Shown: positions 9,622-20,237, counted from the first letter of the stretch. The stretch is DNA of 23,678 bases from Octopus sinensis (GCF_006345805.1 NW_021836576.1:1-23678), one strand, 5' to 3'. The notes: generated by a model from the letters alone, not told the origin. Numbers and translations are program-made.

Positions 9622-10207
9622 GCACCGGCATAGCTGCATGGTTAAAGGAGTTAATTTGAAACCAAATGGTTTGTGGTTCAGTCCCTTAGTGCGTGGCCTT
9701 GGGAAATCGTTTCTTTTACAACCACGACCAATGTCGAGTGACTTAATCTGGTGAATGGAGACTATGTCGAAAACTGCCGTTTATCCGCCTGTCTGTCTCT
9801 CTGTCTATCTGTCAGTCTCTGTCTCTCCCTCCCTTCCCCCTCTCTCTCTACATACATACATACATACATACATATACATCTTTATATATATGTATACTAA
9901 TATATATATATATTATATATATATATATATTATATATATATATGTATGTATGTATGTATATGTCTGTACGTGTGTTGGTAGGTGCCTTTGCACTCGTCTG
10001 GCTACACCACTGACAGTCACTGTTCGTTTGTTTACGTCCCTGAAACATGATTTAGCAAAAAACAAAAGAAAAAGCAAAGCAGGAAAATAAAGACCAGAAT
10101 AAAAGCAGAACGTAAATACAGGGGCCGATTTTTTCGACTAAACCCCTTCAAAATGTTCCCCATCATGGCCACAGTCCTATGGCTGAAACGAGTATACGAC
10201 AAAAGAT
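9622..10207 (+). mobile_element. SINE type A, old copy with an expanded central microsatellite
   Basis: Head GGTTCAGTCCC...CCTTGGGAAAT, centre (CT)/(TACA)/(TA) of about 180 bp, 3' module GTTTACGTCCC...GGGGCCGATTTTTTCGACTAAACCCCTTCAA...CATGGCCACAGTC. Confidence 0.7.
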
Positions 10208-10540
10208 GCAGTTATTTTTCTTCTGTCACCATTTTTATAACTTGTTTCATATCATTGTTTTAATACTAATATTTTTCTGTGTATGCTTTTTCGTATTTTT
10301 TTTCTTCTTATTATTATTAATGGCTTTGTTCGTGACAGTGTCTGCGTGCTGTATTGGTATTTTCATTGTTTATTTATATTTTTGCAAATCTTTTGTTTTG
10401 GATTACAATATTTACATCTAAACACTGGAGGTGTATCCGGTTCTGTCACGCTTATGGTTAACTCCGATCACCGATCAACGCCACGCCAGATTGCGACAAA
10501 GAAGAAGCCGTGCTGAAACGAATCACACAAAGCCAACATT

Positions 10541-10584
10541 TAAATAATAATAACTATACAACAACAACAACAATACTATTAATA

Positions 10585-10615
<31 letters not shown>

Positions 10616-10859
10616 TAATCATAATAAAAATAATGAGTTTGATGTCTTGCAAAAAGCAACCTTATTGGGCACGGTGCACATATTAAGGGAAGTATTATCT
10701 GACTGTGGTCCTTGTGACTTGACAGATGAATAAAGACACCCAATGTATTTTTTATCTACACGGTGTTACGAAGGAATAATGATAGTATTGATAATAATAA
10801 TAATGATGATAATAATAATAATAATAATAATAATTAATAGTAATAATAATAATAATAAC

Positions 10860-10921
<62 letters not shown>

Positions 10922-10994
10922 TGATAGTAATAATAATAATAACAATAATACTAATAATGATAATAATAATAATAATAATAACAATAATAATAAT
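10541..10994 (+). repeat. Imperfect (TAA)n/(AAT)n tract hosting insertions
   Basis: Directly visible; interrupted at 10636-10775. Confidence 0.9.
10636..10775 (+). mobile_element. R4/Dong-like LINE extreme 3' end (second family), heavily 5'-truncated
   Basis: Translates as EFDVLQKATLLGTVHILREVLS, homologous to QKISLLGTAHILRRKLS at 9025-9075. Its 3' UTR differs, and (TAA)n lies on both sides. Confidence 0.75.
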
Positions 10995-11549
10995 GCCCTG
11001 ATGCAGTACCAGGCAGTGGCTCTCATGGCTTCTTATCTTAACTGATTGAAGTGTTATCATGTACATTGTTTTGTCTTGGTATAAAAGATGGGCTACAGCA
11101 ACTATTCTGCTCATACCACAGATTTGCTTGTGAGTTGTTTGACCGTAACCAGTTGAGCATGTCCTTAGTGGCTGACAATACGTGCATCTCTGATCACGAG
11201 CAGAAGTAGTAGTGTGGGGAGCATCATAGCCATGTATTGAGAGGGATTCATTGGGGTTTGAATAATCACCTCTGGAAACATGGGTGGTTCTTTCAACATC
11301 CTTTAAACAATCCTTATTCAGGGACCGTTTGAGCGGGATGGGCTACTCAACCTGAAGAATATTCTAACTGGGCCCCACCTGCAAGGTCATGTGCTGTTTA
11401 TCTTGATATGAGACCACCATGTCGCACACATATTGCTGTGATGCCTGTGCCTGGTGTGCCAATATCAGACGGGTAGTCATGATGAGTATACTGGGCTTCG
11501 TATATTTTACCCCAGTGTCACTTTGATGGCATGAACTGCTCTCTCACTC
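10995..11549. mobile_element. Unclassified ~555-bp interspersed repeat, copy 1, embedded in (TAA)n
   Basis: GCCCTGATGCAGTACC...CTCTCTCACTC; about 30 differences from 12286-12838 by manual alignment; no ORF of note, TIR or Pol III boxes. Confidence 0.8.
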
Positions 11550-11614
<65 letters not shown>

Positions 11615-11707
11615 TAATAATGATGATAATAATTAATAGTAATAATAACGATGATGATGATGATGATAATGATAATAATAATGATAATGATAATTAATAG
11701 TAATAAT
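11550..11707 (+). repeat. (TAA)n/(GAT)n compound tract
   Basis: Directly visible. Confidence 0.95.
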
Positions 11708-11883
11708 AGGCGCAGGAGTGGCTGTGTGGTAAGTAGCTTGCTAACCAACCACATGGTTCCGGGTTCAGTCCCACTGCGTGGCACCTTGGGCAAGTATCTT
11801 CTGCTATAGCCCCGGGCCGACCAATGCCTTGTGAGTGGATTTGGTAGACGGAAACTGAAAGAAGCCTGTCGTATATATGTATA

Positions 11884-11914
<31 letters not shown>

Positions 11915-12083
11915 TTGTGTTTGTCCCCCTAGCATTGCTTGACAACCGATGCTGGTGTGCTTATGTCCCCGTTACTTGGCGGTTCGGCAAAAGAGACCGA
12001 TAGAATAAGTACTAAAGGCGGTGCCCCAGCATGGCCGCAGTCAAATGACTGAAACAAGTAAAAGAGAAAAAGAGATAAAAGAG
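11708..12083 (+). mobile_element. SINE type A, young copy with an internal ~40-bp deletion
   Basis: A-box TGGCTGTGTGG at 11719, B-box GGTTCAGTCC at 11762, central (TA)/(TG), tail AAAAGAG repeats. Confidence 0.95.
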
Positions 12084-12126
12084 AATAATAACAATAATAC
12101 TAATAATGATGATAATAATAATACTA

Positions 12127-12192
<66 letters not shown>

Positions 12193-12285
12193 TAATAATA
12201 ATGATAATAATGATTATATAATAATATAACAATAATAATAATAATATAGTAATATAATAATAATAATAATAATAATATAATAAAT
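12084..12285 (+). repeat. Imperfect (TAA)n tract
   Basis: Directly visible. Confidence 0.95.
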
Positions 12286-12838
12286 GCCCTGATGCAGTAC
12301 CAGGCAGTGGCTCTCATGGCTTCTGATCTTAACTGATTGGAAGTGTTATCATGTACATTGTTTTGTCTTGGTATAAAAGATGGGCTACAGCAAATATTCT
12401 GCTCAATACCACAGATTTGCTTGTCAGTTGTTTGACCTTAACCAGTTGAGCATATCCCTTAGTGGCTGACGATATGTGCATCTCTGATCACGAGCAGAAG
12501 TAGTGGGGGAGCATCATAGCCATGTGTTGAGAGGGATTCTTTGGGTTTTGAATAGTTCACCTCTGGAAACATGGGTGGTTCTTTCAACATCTTAAACAAT
12601 CCTTATTCAGGGACCTTTTGAGCGGGATGGGCTACTCAACCTGAAGAAAATTCTAACTGGGCCCCACCTGCAAGGTCATGTGCTGTTTATCTTGATATGA
12701 GATCACCATGTCGCGCACATATGGTTGTGATGCATGTGCCTGGTGTACCTTTATCAGACGGGTAGTCATGATGGGTATATTGGGCTTCGTATATTTTACC
12801 CCAGTGTCACTTTGATGGCATGCACTGCTCTCTCACTC
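12286..12838. mobile_element. Unclassified ~555-bp interspersed repeat, copy 2, embedded in (TAA)n
   Basis: Same termini and orientation as 10995-11549. Confidence 0.8.
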
Positions 12839-13739
12839 AATAATAATAATAACCATAATGATAATAACAATAACGATGATGATGATAATGGTAATTAGTA
12901 CATCTGTCACAGCTGTTTTAGTGACTAAAAGCGATCGCAATAAAGACAGGCTTTGTCGACCTGCATGAAAGCAGCATTGTATATTCTTTGAGAATCCTAA
13001 GAAATATTCTTGAGATTTGAGGAGACTTGTCATGAATCCTCAAGATTAAATTGCAGGTAATTAAATTCGCAATGCTCTAGCGAAATAATGATAATAAAAT
13101 TGATAATAATAATTATTGTAACAACAACAGCAACAATTATTATAATAACGGTAATTTTGAGAATAACGATTGTTATTTGCTTGGAATGATTTTTTTCTAA
13201 TAGTAATATTTTGATGTCCTACAAAACAACGTATGATTGTTAGAAAACTGAAAAAAACAAAATGTCAGCTAAGACATAAGGATAAAAAAATGTATACAGG
13301 GAGATAACAAAACACATCTTAACGTCGTATTATCGACTACCATCACCACTACTAGCAACTAAAGTAATATCTAAAAACAGAAGCAATAGCAGTGATGGCA
13401 GAAAACACGACAGTGCAAACAATAATACTCATATCACACGTAATAAAATGTTCTGTAAATATTATCAGGAAACAAATATACAGAATGTGGATGTTAGGAA
13501 GCAAACAAACGCTAAAAAAAAATTATGGGTTTAAAATGAGAGACAGGCAAATAGTTGTGTGATAACCGCTGTGTTGTACATATACGAAATATGTAACCAG
13601 AAGTTGCCTGCTATGTATTGTACCTAAGCTACGTTCGGTGGTATTGGGAAAGCTGTGAGCGCAAATATATTTACCTGTTCGTGTGTAAACAGACAAGTAT
13701 GCGCAGAGAAAACATAAGCAACGATGGCGTGCACACATA

Positions 13740-13756
13740 AACACACGCACACATAC

Positions 13757-13840
<84 letters not shown>

Positions 13841-13964
13841 CGCGCAAATACTCTAGAGTATTCCTTATAGTTAACAATCCGCTTAACAATTTGTGGGTTT
13901 ATATGCATATCAACACGACAATAATGTACATACGTACAGACATACATACGTAGATACGTTTGTG

Positions 13965-14045
<81 letters not shown>

Positions 14046-14092
14046 TCTGTGTGTGTGTGCGTGCGTATGTATGTATATATATATATATGTAT
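13740..14092. repeat. Compound (CA)/(TA)n and (TA)n/(TG)n microsatellites with a short unique spacer
   Basis: Directly visible. Confidence 0.9.
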
Positions 14093-14335
14093 GACTTAGT
14101 TAACTTAGACTGGTTTCGGCCAATATCGGCCCATGCCATGACTAACTCAATAGCACCACCTGGGAAAGTATTTTCGCTAATCCTTTCGGCACACCATGGA
14201 GCACTCAAGCTGAGAGTTGTTGTTGGTTGAGATGTATTCAGGTGTAGGTGGTCTATCTGGTATTTCTTGGAGAAATTTGTCCAGGTACCTTTTGAATGTT
14301 GTGGTGTCTTTTTGTACTTGTTTGTATTTTACATG
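14093..14335 (-). mobile_element. CR1/L2-group LINE 3' end
   Basis: The minus strand translates as KDTTTFKRYLDKFLQEIPDRPPTPEYISTNNNS, matching the FK..LDKFL..IPD.P C-terminal motif. It is followed by a short UTR with a GGCC-N6-GGCC hairpin and a short repeated tail (CTAAGTTAACTAAGT). Confidence 0.75.
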
Positions 14336-14384
14336 GGTATGTCTGCATTTTCATTATTTATATTGATTACGACTAACTATATTT

Positions 14385-14510
14385 TTCATATACATATATA
14401 TATAAATATATATATACATATATTATATATATATATATATTATATATATAAATATACATATATATACATATATATATATAAAGATATATATATATATATA
14501 CTATATATAT

Positions 14511-14559
<49 letters not shown>

Positions 14560-14625
14560 CACACACAATACACTTTATACATACAGAAATATGTATATAA
14601 TATATATATATATGTGTGTGTGTGT
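14385..14625. repeat. (TA)n-rich microsatellite
   Basis: Directly visible. Confidence 0.95.
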
Positions 14626-14632
14626 AAGTGAA

Positions 14633-14925
14633 GTTGCGTGGCTTAGTGGTTAGAGTCTGACTTACATTCGTCAGGTTGTGAATTCAGTTTCGGCTGTGTT
14701 TCATATTTTTTAGCAAGACATGTTGCTCCAGTTCACTTAGCTGTAGAAATGAGTTACGCCGTCATTGATGCTAAGCTGTGTCGACCTTTGCCTTTCCCCT
14801 GGGTTAAATCTGTGTCGTGAATATGCAAGATTTTTGAATGCGTGGGCGAAATATGGTCTTCCGGACTTGTGCCTTGTAGGGGAACTTTCTAATTGCAATC
14901 CCATGGTCATTCCTGACCGAAGGGG
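14633..14925 (+). mobile_element. tRNA-derived SINE, type C (CORE-like), diverged
   Basis: A-box TGGCTTAGTGG, decayed B-box GAATTCAGTT, CORE-like AGCAAGACA...GCTCCAGTTCACTTAGCTGTAGAAATGAGT, tail GGACTTGTGCC. Confidence 0.7.
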
Positions 14926-15899
14926 AATGAAGAACATTCTCAGAAAACTGCTTTCTTGAAGACAGCGAGATTTTTATAATTATGATGAAACGAGACATTG
15001 AGAGACCCTGTACAACAGGTTGCTCTCTGCTTCTACAGAATTCGCTTCAGCAAGCGAAATCGCGAACTCTGAGAAGTTGAATGGAAATAATAACAATTAT
15101 AATCACAATTTATAATTTCGAAAATGTTTATTTTAGTAAATGATCACTTATTACTTTGAATACTGTTTTGGATAGCAGCAGTTTATAAAACACCATCAGA
15201 CCAGTGAGCGGGTGAAAATGCGAGTGGGAGATGTTATTAATAACATTAGTATTAATTTATATTTCCTTATAAAGCATTTTGTTTATGAAAGAATTTATCG
15301 AAAATTTAATCGTTATTAATCTAAGAGGAGTGATGTCAAACAAAACAATATTGACCATAAATAATATAATAATTGTCATAATGCTGAAGACAAAAAATTT
15401 AATGTCTGAATTTTGTAAATATACAAAGAGTGTATCAATAAAATATAAAATAAATAAATAAAATATTTAAAACTTTGTGTGACAAAAGACATGTCTTTTG
15501 TTTGTCTTCAATTTTCTTCTTCCACTTTTACTTCACCGCATCTGTTGCAAGAATTATAATGTATTGTTTTGTAAATGTCCATTCCATTATTGGTTGTAAT
15601 CTGAGGCATAAATTTCGAGTCAAGAGATTTTGGTTAATTTTCTAAACTCCAATTATATTCCCAGCGATAAATATGTCTCTAGATTATATTGCCTATCTGC
15701 AAAAATATCAGATTGGAACTCTACCTGGTTTAATCTTTTGCAACAGCATTCAAATTTGTTTCACCTTCTGTTCTACCGTTTGCAAATAATTATGATTGCT
15801 CTGACAGCATTAGAATTGGTGAGTTAGTTAGCATCAGAAGGGTTAATGAAAAATGAATGTTTGGAAGTACGTAGATGTGTCAGATATTTGTTTGGGTTT

Positions 15900-16250
15900 A
15901 ATTTAGGATCGTCTTGAGGGAAATGAAGCCGGTCGCTAACTAAGGGAGAAGACATTTTGATTTAAGAGGGTTCCTGCTATTTACAAATATGTGGTTGAGA
16001 TGGTATGTTTGTTGAACATACCATATACTCTTCCTTGCAGTCCCATATACTCTTCCTTGCAGTCCCAAAAGAACCAATATCCGGTCTGTTATATTTGCAC
16101 TTGACAGAAGATTTCAAGAGAAAAATTGTACTAGTTTCCCTTTTGAAATCGGTATCACTTGTCAGGTAATATTTTCGCCACAACATCTTTAGTCAGTATT
16201 CTGTTGACGCTCAACCAGTACATCAGGCTGTTCTTAAATCGGCGGACGTC
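15900..16250 (-). mobile_element. Decayed RLE-type (R2/R4 superfamily) LINE endonuclease fragment
   Basis: The minus strand gives KDVVAKI, then KCKYNRPDI..WDCKEE..C and SPLVSDRLHFPQD. This resembles HDVVAK...KHNRPDIVIWD..K.C...GPL.RNLQ..YPD. It overlaps ORF 15977-16186. Confidence 0.5.
16021..16067. repeat. Perfect 22-bp tandem duplication (CCATATACTCTTCCTTGCAGTC x2)
   Basis: Units 16021-16042 and 16043-16064. Confidence 0.95.
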
Positions 16251-16374
16251 AGTTATTCATCGCTATTTTATTTATTTAATTCAATTTCAGAAAAAAATTG
16301 AAGCATGTCTTTGACAATTCCGGACGGTATTGAACTTATTTCGGGCGGAACATTTGACGCACCTAGTACACTCA

Positions 16375-16630
16375 TATACACAGACGCAGACATAGACACG
16401 CACACACACAAATACAGACACAGACACATACACAGACACACATATATGTATATATGTATATATATGCATATGTATGTATATATTATATATATATGTATAA
16501 TTATACATGTATATATATGTATATATGTATATATATGTACATATATATATTTGTATATATATGTATATGTTTATATATATATATATGTATATATATGTAT
16601 ATGTTTATATATATATATATATACACTTAG
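16375..16630. repeat. (CA)/(CAGA) and (TA)/(TATG) microsatellite
   Basis: Directly visible. Confidence 0.9.
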
Positions 16631-16965
16631 ACATACGTAATGCTGTTTGTTCATATTATTCATATGTAAATAATCTGATATTCAAACCAATGGAACATAA
16701 GAGATCAATCAAACCAAATATATTTAATTTTTTTTCTGTATTCGACAAATATGGCCACCCACATTTATATATTTTTTTTTTTTTTTTTCACTAATCATAG
16801 AATTATAATGTTTTCTCCAATGTAAAAAACAAAACAGTCGCTACTAAATTTTATGGTCTGAAAAGGGTGATGACAAATGCGTTGGTTTGCTGAAAGATTC
16901 AGACGCTGACAACATCTGAAGTGATTATGGCTACATTCTTACGATAAGCAAATATTAAAACGAAA

Positions 16966-17102
16966 TTTAGGGCAGATATCTGAAAGGACCAAGAAGATTT
17001 TCTTAGTTGAACTTATGGGAATTGAACAAACAGGAAGAGAGGCATGATGAGGCCTATGAACGGAAGCGTGCCAAATATGAAACACTTGTGCAAAAGTCGC
17101 GG
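16966..17102 (+). mobile_element. HERO-like RLE non-LTR retrotransposon endonuclease fragment
   Basis: RADI ... TKKIFLVEL / WE..K.EERHDEAYERKRAKYETLVQKSR across frameshifts, matching the RPDI...ELTVPWEE..EEA.ERKRAKY..LV..CR motif I recall from HERO-type elements. Confidence 0.7.
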
Positions 17103-17225
17103 GCGCTTTTCGTCTTCTCCCATCCTTATCATCCTTGTATCATTATCATTCATTTCATTAATGTCGTGTCCAGCCCGCAAGCTACCTTACTCTATGTACT
17201 GCCTTTATGGCAAATTTAATAAGAT

Positions 17226-17361
17226 AAAGAAGCTTGCTTCCAAACCATATGGTTCCGGGTCGAGTCCATTGCGTGACAACTTAGGCAAGTGTCTTCTACT
17301 ACAGCCTAGGGTCGTCCAAAGCCGTGTGAGTGGATTTGGTAGAGGTAAACTGAAAGAAGCC
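17226..17361 (+). mobile_element. SINE type A, older 5' half
   Basis: AAGCTTGCTTCC...GGTTCCGGGTCGAGTCC...GGCAAGTGTCTTCTACTACAGCC...GAAAGAAGCC. Confidence 0.85.
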
Positions 17362-17742
17362 TGGCTGTGTGGTAAGTAGCTTGCTAACCAACCACATGGT
17401 TCCGGGTTCAGTCCCACTGCGTGGCATCTTGGGCAAGTGTCTTCTACTATAGCTCCGGGCCGACCAATGCCTTGTGAGTGGATTTGGTAGACGGAAACTG
17501 AAAGAAGCCTGTCGTATATATGTGTGTGTGTTTGTGTGTCTGTGTTTGTCCCTCTAGCATTGCTTGACAACCGATGCTGGTGTGTTTACGTCCCCCTCAC
17601 TTAGCGGTTCGGCAAAAAAGAGACGATAGAATAAGTACGGGGCTTACAAAGTTCCGGGCTCGATTTGCTCGACTAAAGGCGGTGCTCCAGCAGGCCGCAG
17701 TCAAATGGACTGAAACAAGTAAGAGAGTAAAAGAGTAAAGAG
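17362..17742 (+). mobile_element. SINE type A, young copy starting at the A-box
   Basis: Near-identical to 11719-12083 apart from the deletion in that copy; GAGTAAAAGAG tail. Confidence 0.95.
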
Positions 17743-17840
17743 TATATATATATATTGATATACATATATATATATATATATATTATATTATATATATATA
17801 TATTATATATATATATATATATAATATATATATATATATG
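17743..17840. repeat. (TA)n/(TAT) microsatellite
   Basis: Directly visible. Confidence 0.95.
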
Positions 17841-18558
17841 AATGTTTTATAGGTATGATTTTTCAGCAACGCATAACTAGCATGAAATATACGTTTGGCG
17901 GGATACTTCATGGAATTATCTGTTTGGAGATTCGACATTACATGCTGAACTGTTTCCGAGTGTTTGGAAGTATATATTTACACAAAAATCTCAGGATCGT
18001 ATGAGAATCCTCTTGTAATTTTCCAACGAAACGTAATTGTAATCCTGGTATAAAATGACCAATTTCGTGGGCGTACGATCGCTAAAGTCGGATATATATT
18101 ATGATATTAACATCTAGGCTTCTCATTCTCAATTGTGAGTAGTTTATCTGCATCTCAAGGTATAAAAGTATATCTTTGATTGTGACGTTGCACTTTATGT
18201 ACTGCCCGGTCTATCAATTATCAGATCTCGGTGTAGCCTTGTGACCAAAATCTGTTCTGGCACAGAGAACTAAAGTATTCGTCAGAAATGCTAGATTTCT
18301 CAGTTGCTTCTGTTGAAAGACTCAGAAAGATTTTGTTTATAACCTCACATTGATGTTCATATGAATTTTTAATTATTCATTTATAAAAGTTATTTCTGTG
18401 CATATATATAATTCTTTGCATACATTAAATATGAGACTAAACAGTTAAATACTCATGGTAAGCAAATTACTATACATACATATGTGTACATGCGTGTGTA
18501 TATGTGTTTGTGTGCGTGGGTGTGTAAGAATGACTGTGTATGTAAATATATATCCCTG

Positions 18559-18730
18559 GATCACTGTATCGACCAGACTATCGAATGCTGTTATACACCG
18601 TTGATCACAATGCGATTCCTCGTATTCATTGTAAATTTTCATTGATATCGATCCATTTACACCTTGGTGGAATGGTAAAATGTGAAATGAAGAATCTTGC
18701 TAAAAAATGCAAAACAGTAACGAGGGGGCC
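18559..18730 (-). mobile_element. Old SINE remnant (CORE-like, type C-related)
   Basis: The minus strand shows AGCAAGATTCTTCATTTCACATTTTACCATTCCACCAAGGTGTAAATG, similar to AGCAAGACA...CCAGTTCACTTAGCTGTAGAAATG at 14710-14750. Confidence 0.5.
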
Positions 18731-18994
18731 ACAGGCCAGAACGCGCCTAGATACACACCAGCACGTGCACACATATATATGTGTATGAATGTGCGAGTGT
18801 GTTTAGTGTATGATTGCATGTTATAACGTGATACTCGGCCACATATTGCTTAAGTTTTCATGCATGTAGAATGGTGTCACACGTGTTGTCTGGCACGTTT
18901 CGGGAGGCACAGAGTTTAGGACACAGGCCTATACAATAAAACTGTACCTATAGAATGCTACATTCGTATTCCTTCCATATTTTATCATCTCTCA

Positions 18995-20191
18995 TATACA
19001 TACATACATACATACATACATACATACATACATACATACATACATACATACATACGTGTATATATATATACATATATATATACTCATATACACACAGAGA
19101 AGTATATATATATATTTGTATCTATCTATCTATCTATATATATATTTATATATATATACATATACCAACATTTTTATGTTAGCCTGTATTTGTGCCAATC
19201 TATCAACTTATCTATATCTTTCTAATTATCTATCAATGTGTATTTGTATATTTCAATATCAAGCTCACGCACGCACACACTCATACACACATATATACGC
19301 ATATACACTCATACACACATATACACACATATATACGCATATATATGTGTGTATGATTGTATATACATACACACACAAACATATATATATATATATGTGT
19401 GTACATATACACGCACACACATACGTATTCACTTTGTTCATTGAAACAAAGTGTGAGGCTAGCGATATCACTAAATTCTATTTAAATTTAAATTAACGTT
19501 AGGCCTCATCAGGAAGAGAATTATGAAAATATTCATAACCATACTCTGGAGTCACATTAATGTCTATCGATTACTGTCGAACAATTAATCAAGCCATAGA
19601 TAATAGAGTGATGAAATTGTTTTAATTTAATTTTACCAAACATTCCTTCAAAATTTATCTTATATAACAAAATTTTTTTTTATATGAAAGAAATAGATAC
19701 CTATCTATATAGATAGAAATATATACGGATATGCATATGTATACACGCACAACACACACACAAACACATATATATATATATATGTAGGCATATGCATATG
19801 TATATGTAAATATATGTGCATTTATACATCCACACAAACATGTGTGTGTGTGTATGTGTGTATATGTGTGTGTGACAGAGACAGAAAGAGTGCATGTTGT
19901 GTGTCTGTGTATATTATAGACATCAATTTATTTTCAGATATACGAATTTATGAGGGAAGGCAGAATATGTATGTGTGCGTGCATATATATATATTATATA
20001 TATATACCTATATATATGTATGTATATATACATATATATGTATATCAATGCGCGTGTATACATGTGGGAGTATGTATAATAAAATCTATATGTATATTCA
20101 TTATATATATATATATTACATACATATATATATGCAAATGTATATATATATATATATATAGATATATATATATATACATATACATACGTAC

Positions 20192-20237
<46 letters not shown>

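Noticed and set aside
11280-11390. HDV-like ribozyme fold using GCCCTGA (5' end) with TCAGGGA
   Set aside because: The P3/L3 and the GG linker required after P1' could not be fitted.
14105-14145. Hammerhead-like GGCC-N6-GGCC-GAAAC at the CR1/L2 3' end (minus strand)
   Set aside because: No CUGANGA-like core upstream of the stem; more likely the ordinary LINE 3' stem-loop.
15480-15846. Merlin-transposase-like words (KIKPG, II.RHI) on the minus strand and a piggyBac-like AAGGG-TTAA end at about 15838-15846
   Set aside because: Many stops, matches spread over different frames, and no partner terminus found in the window.
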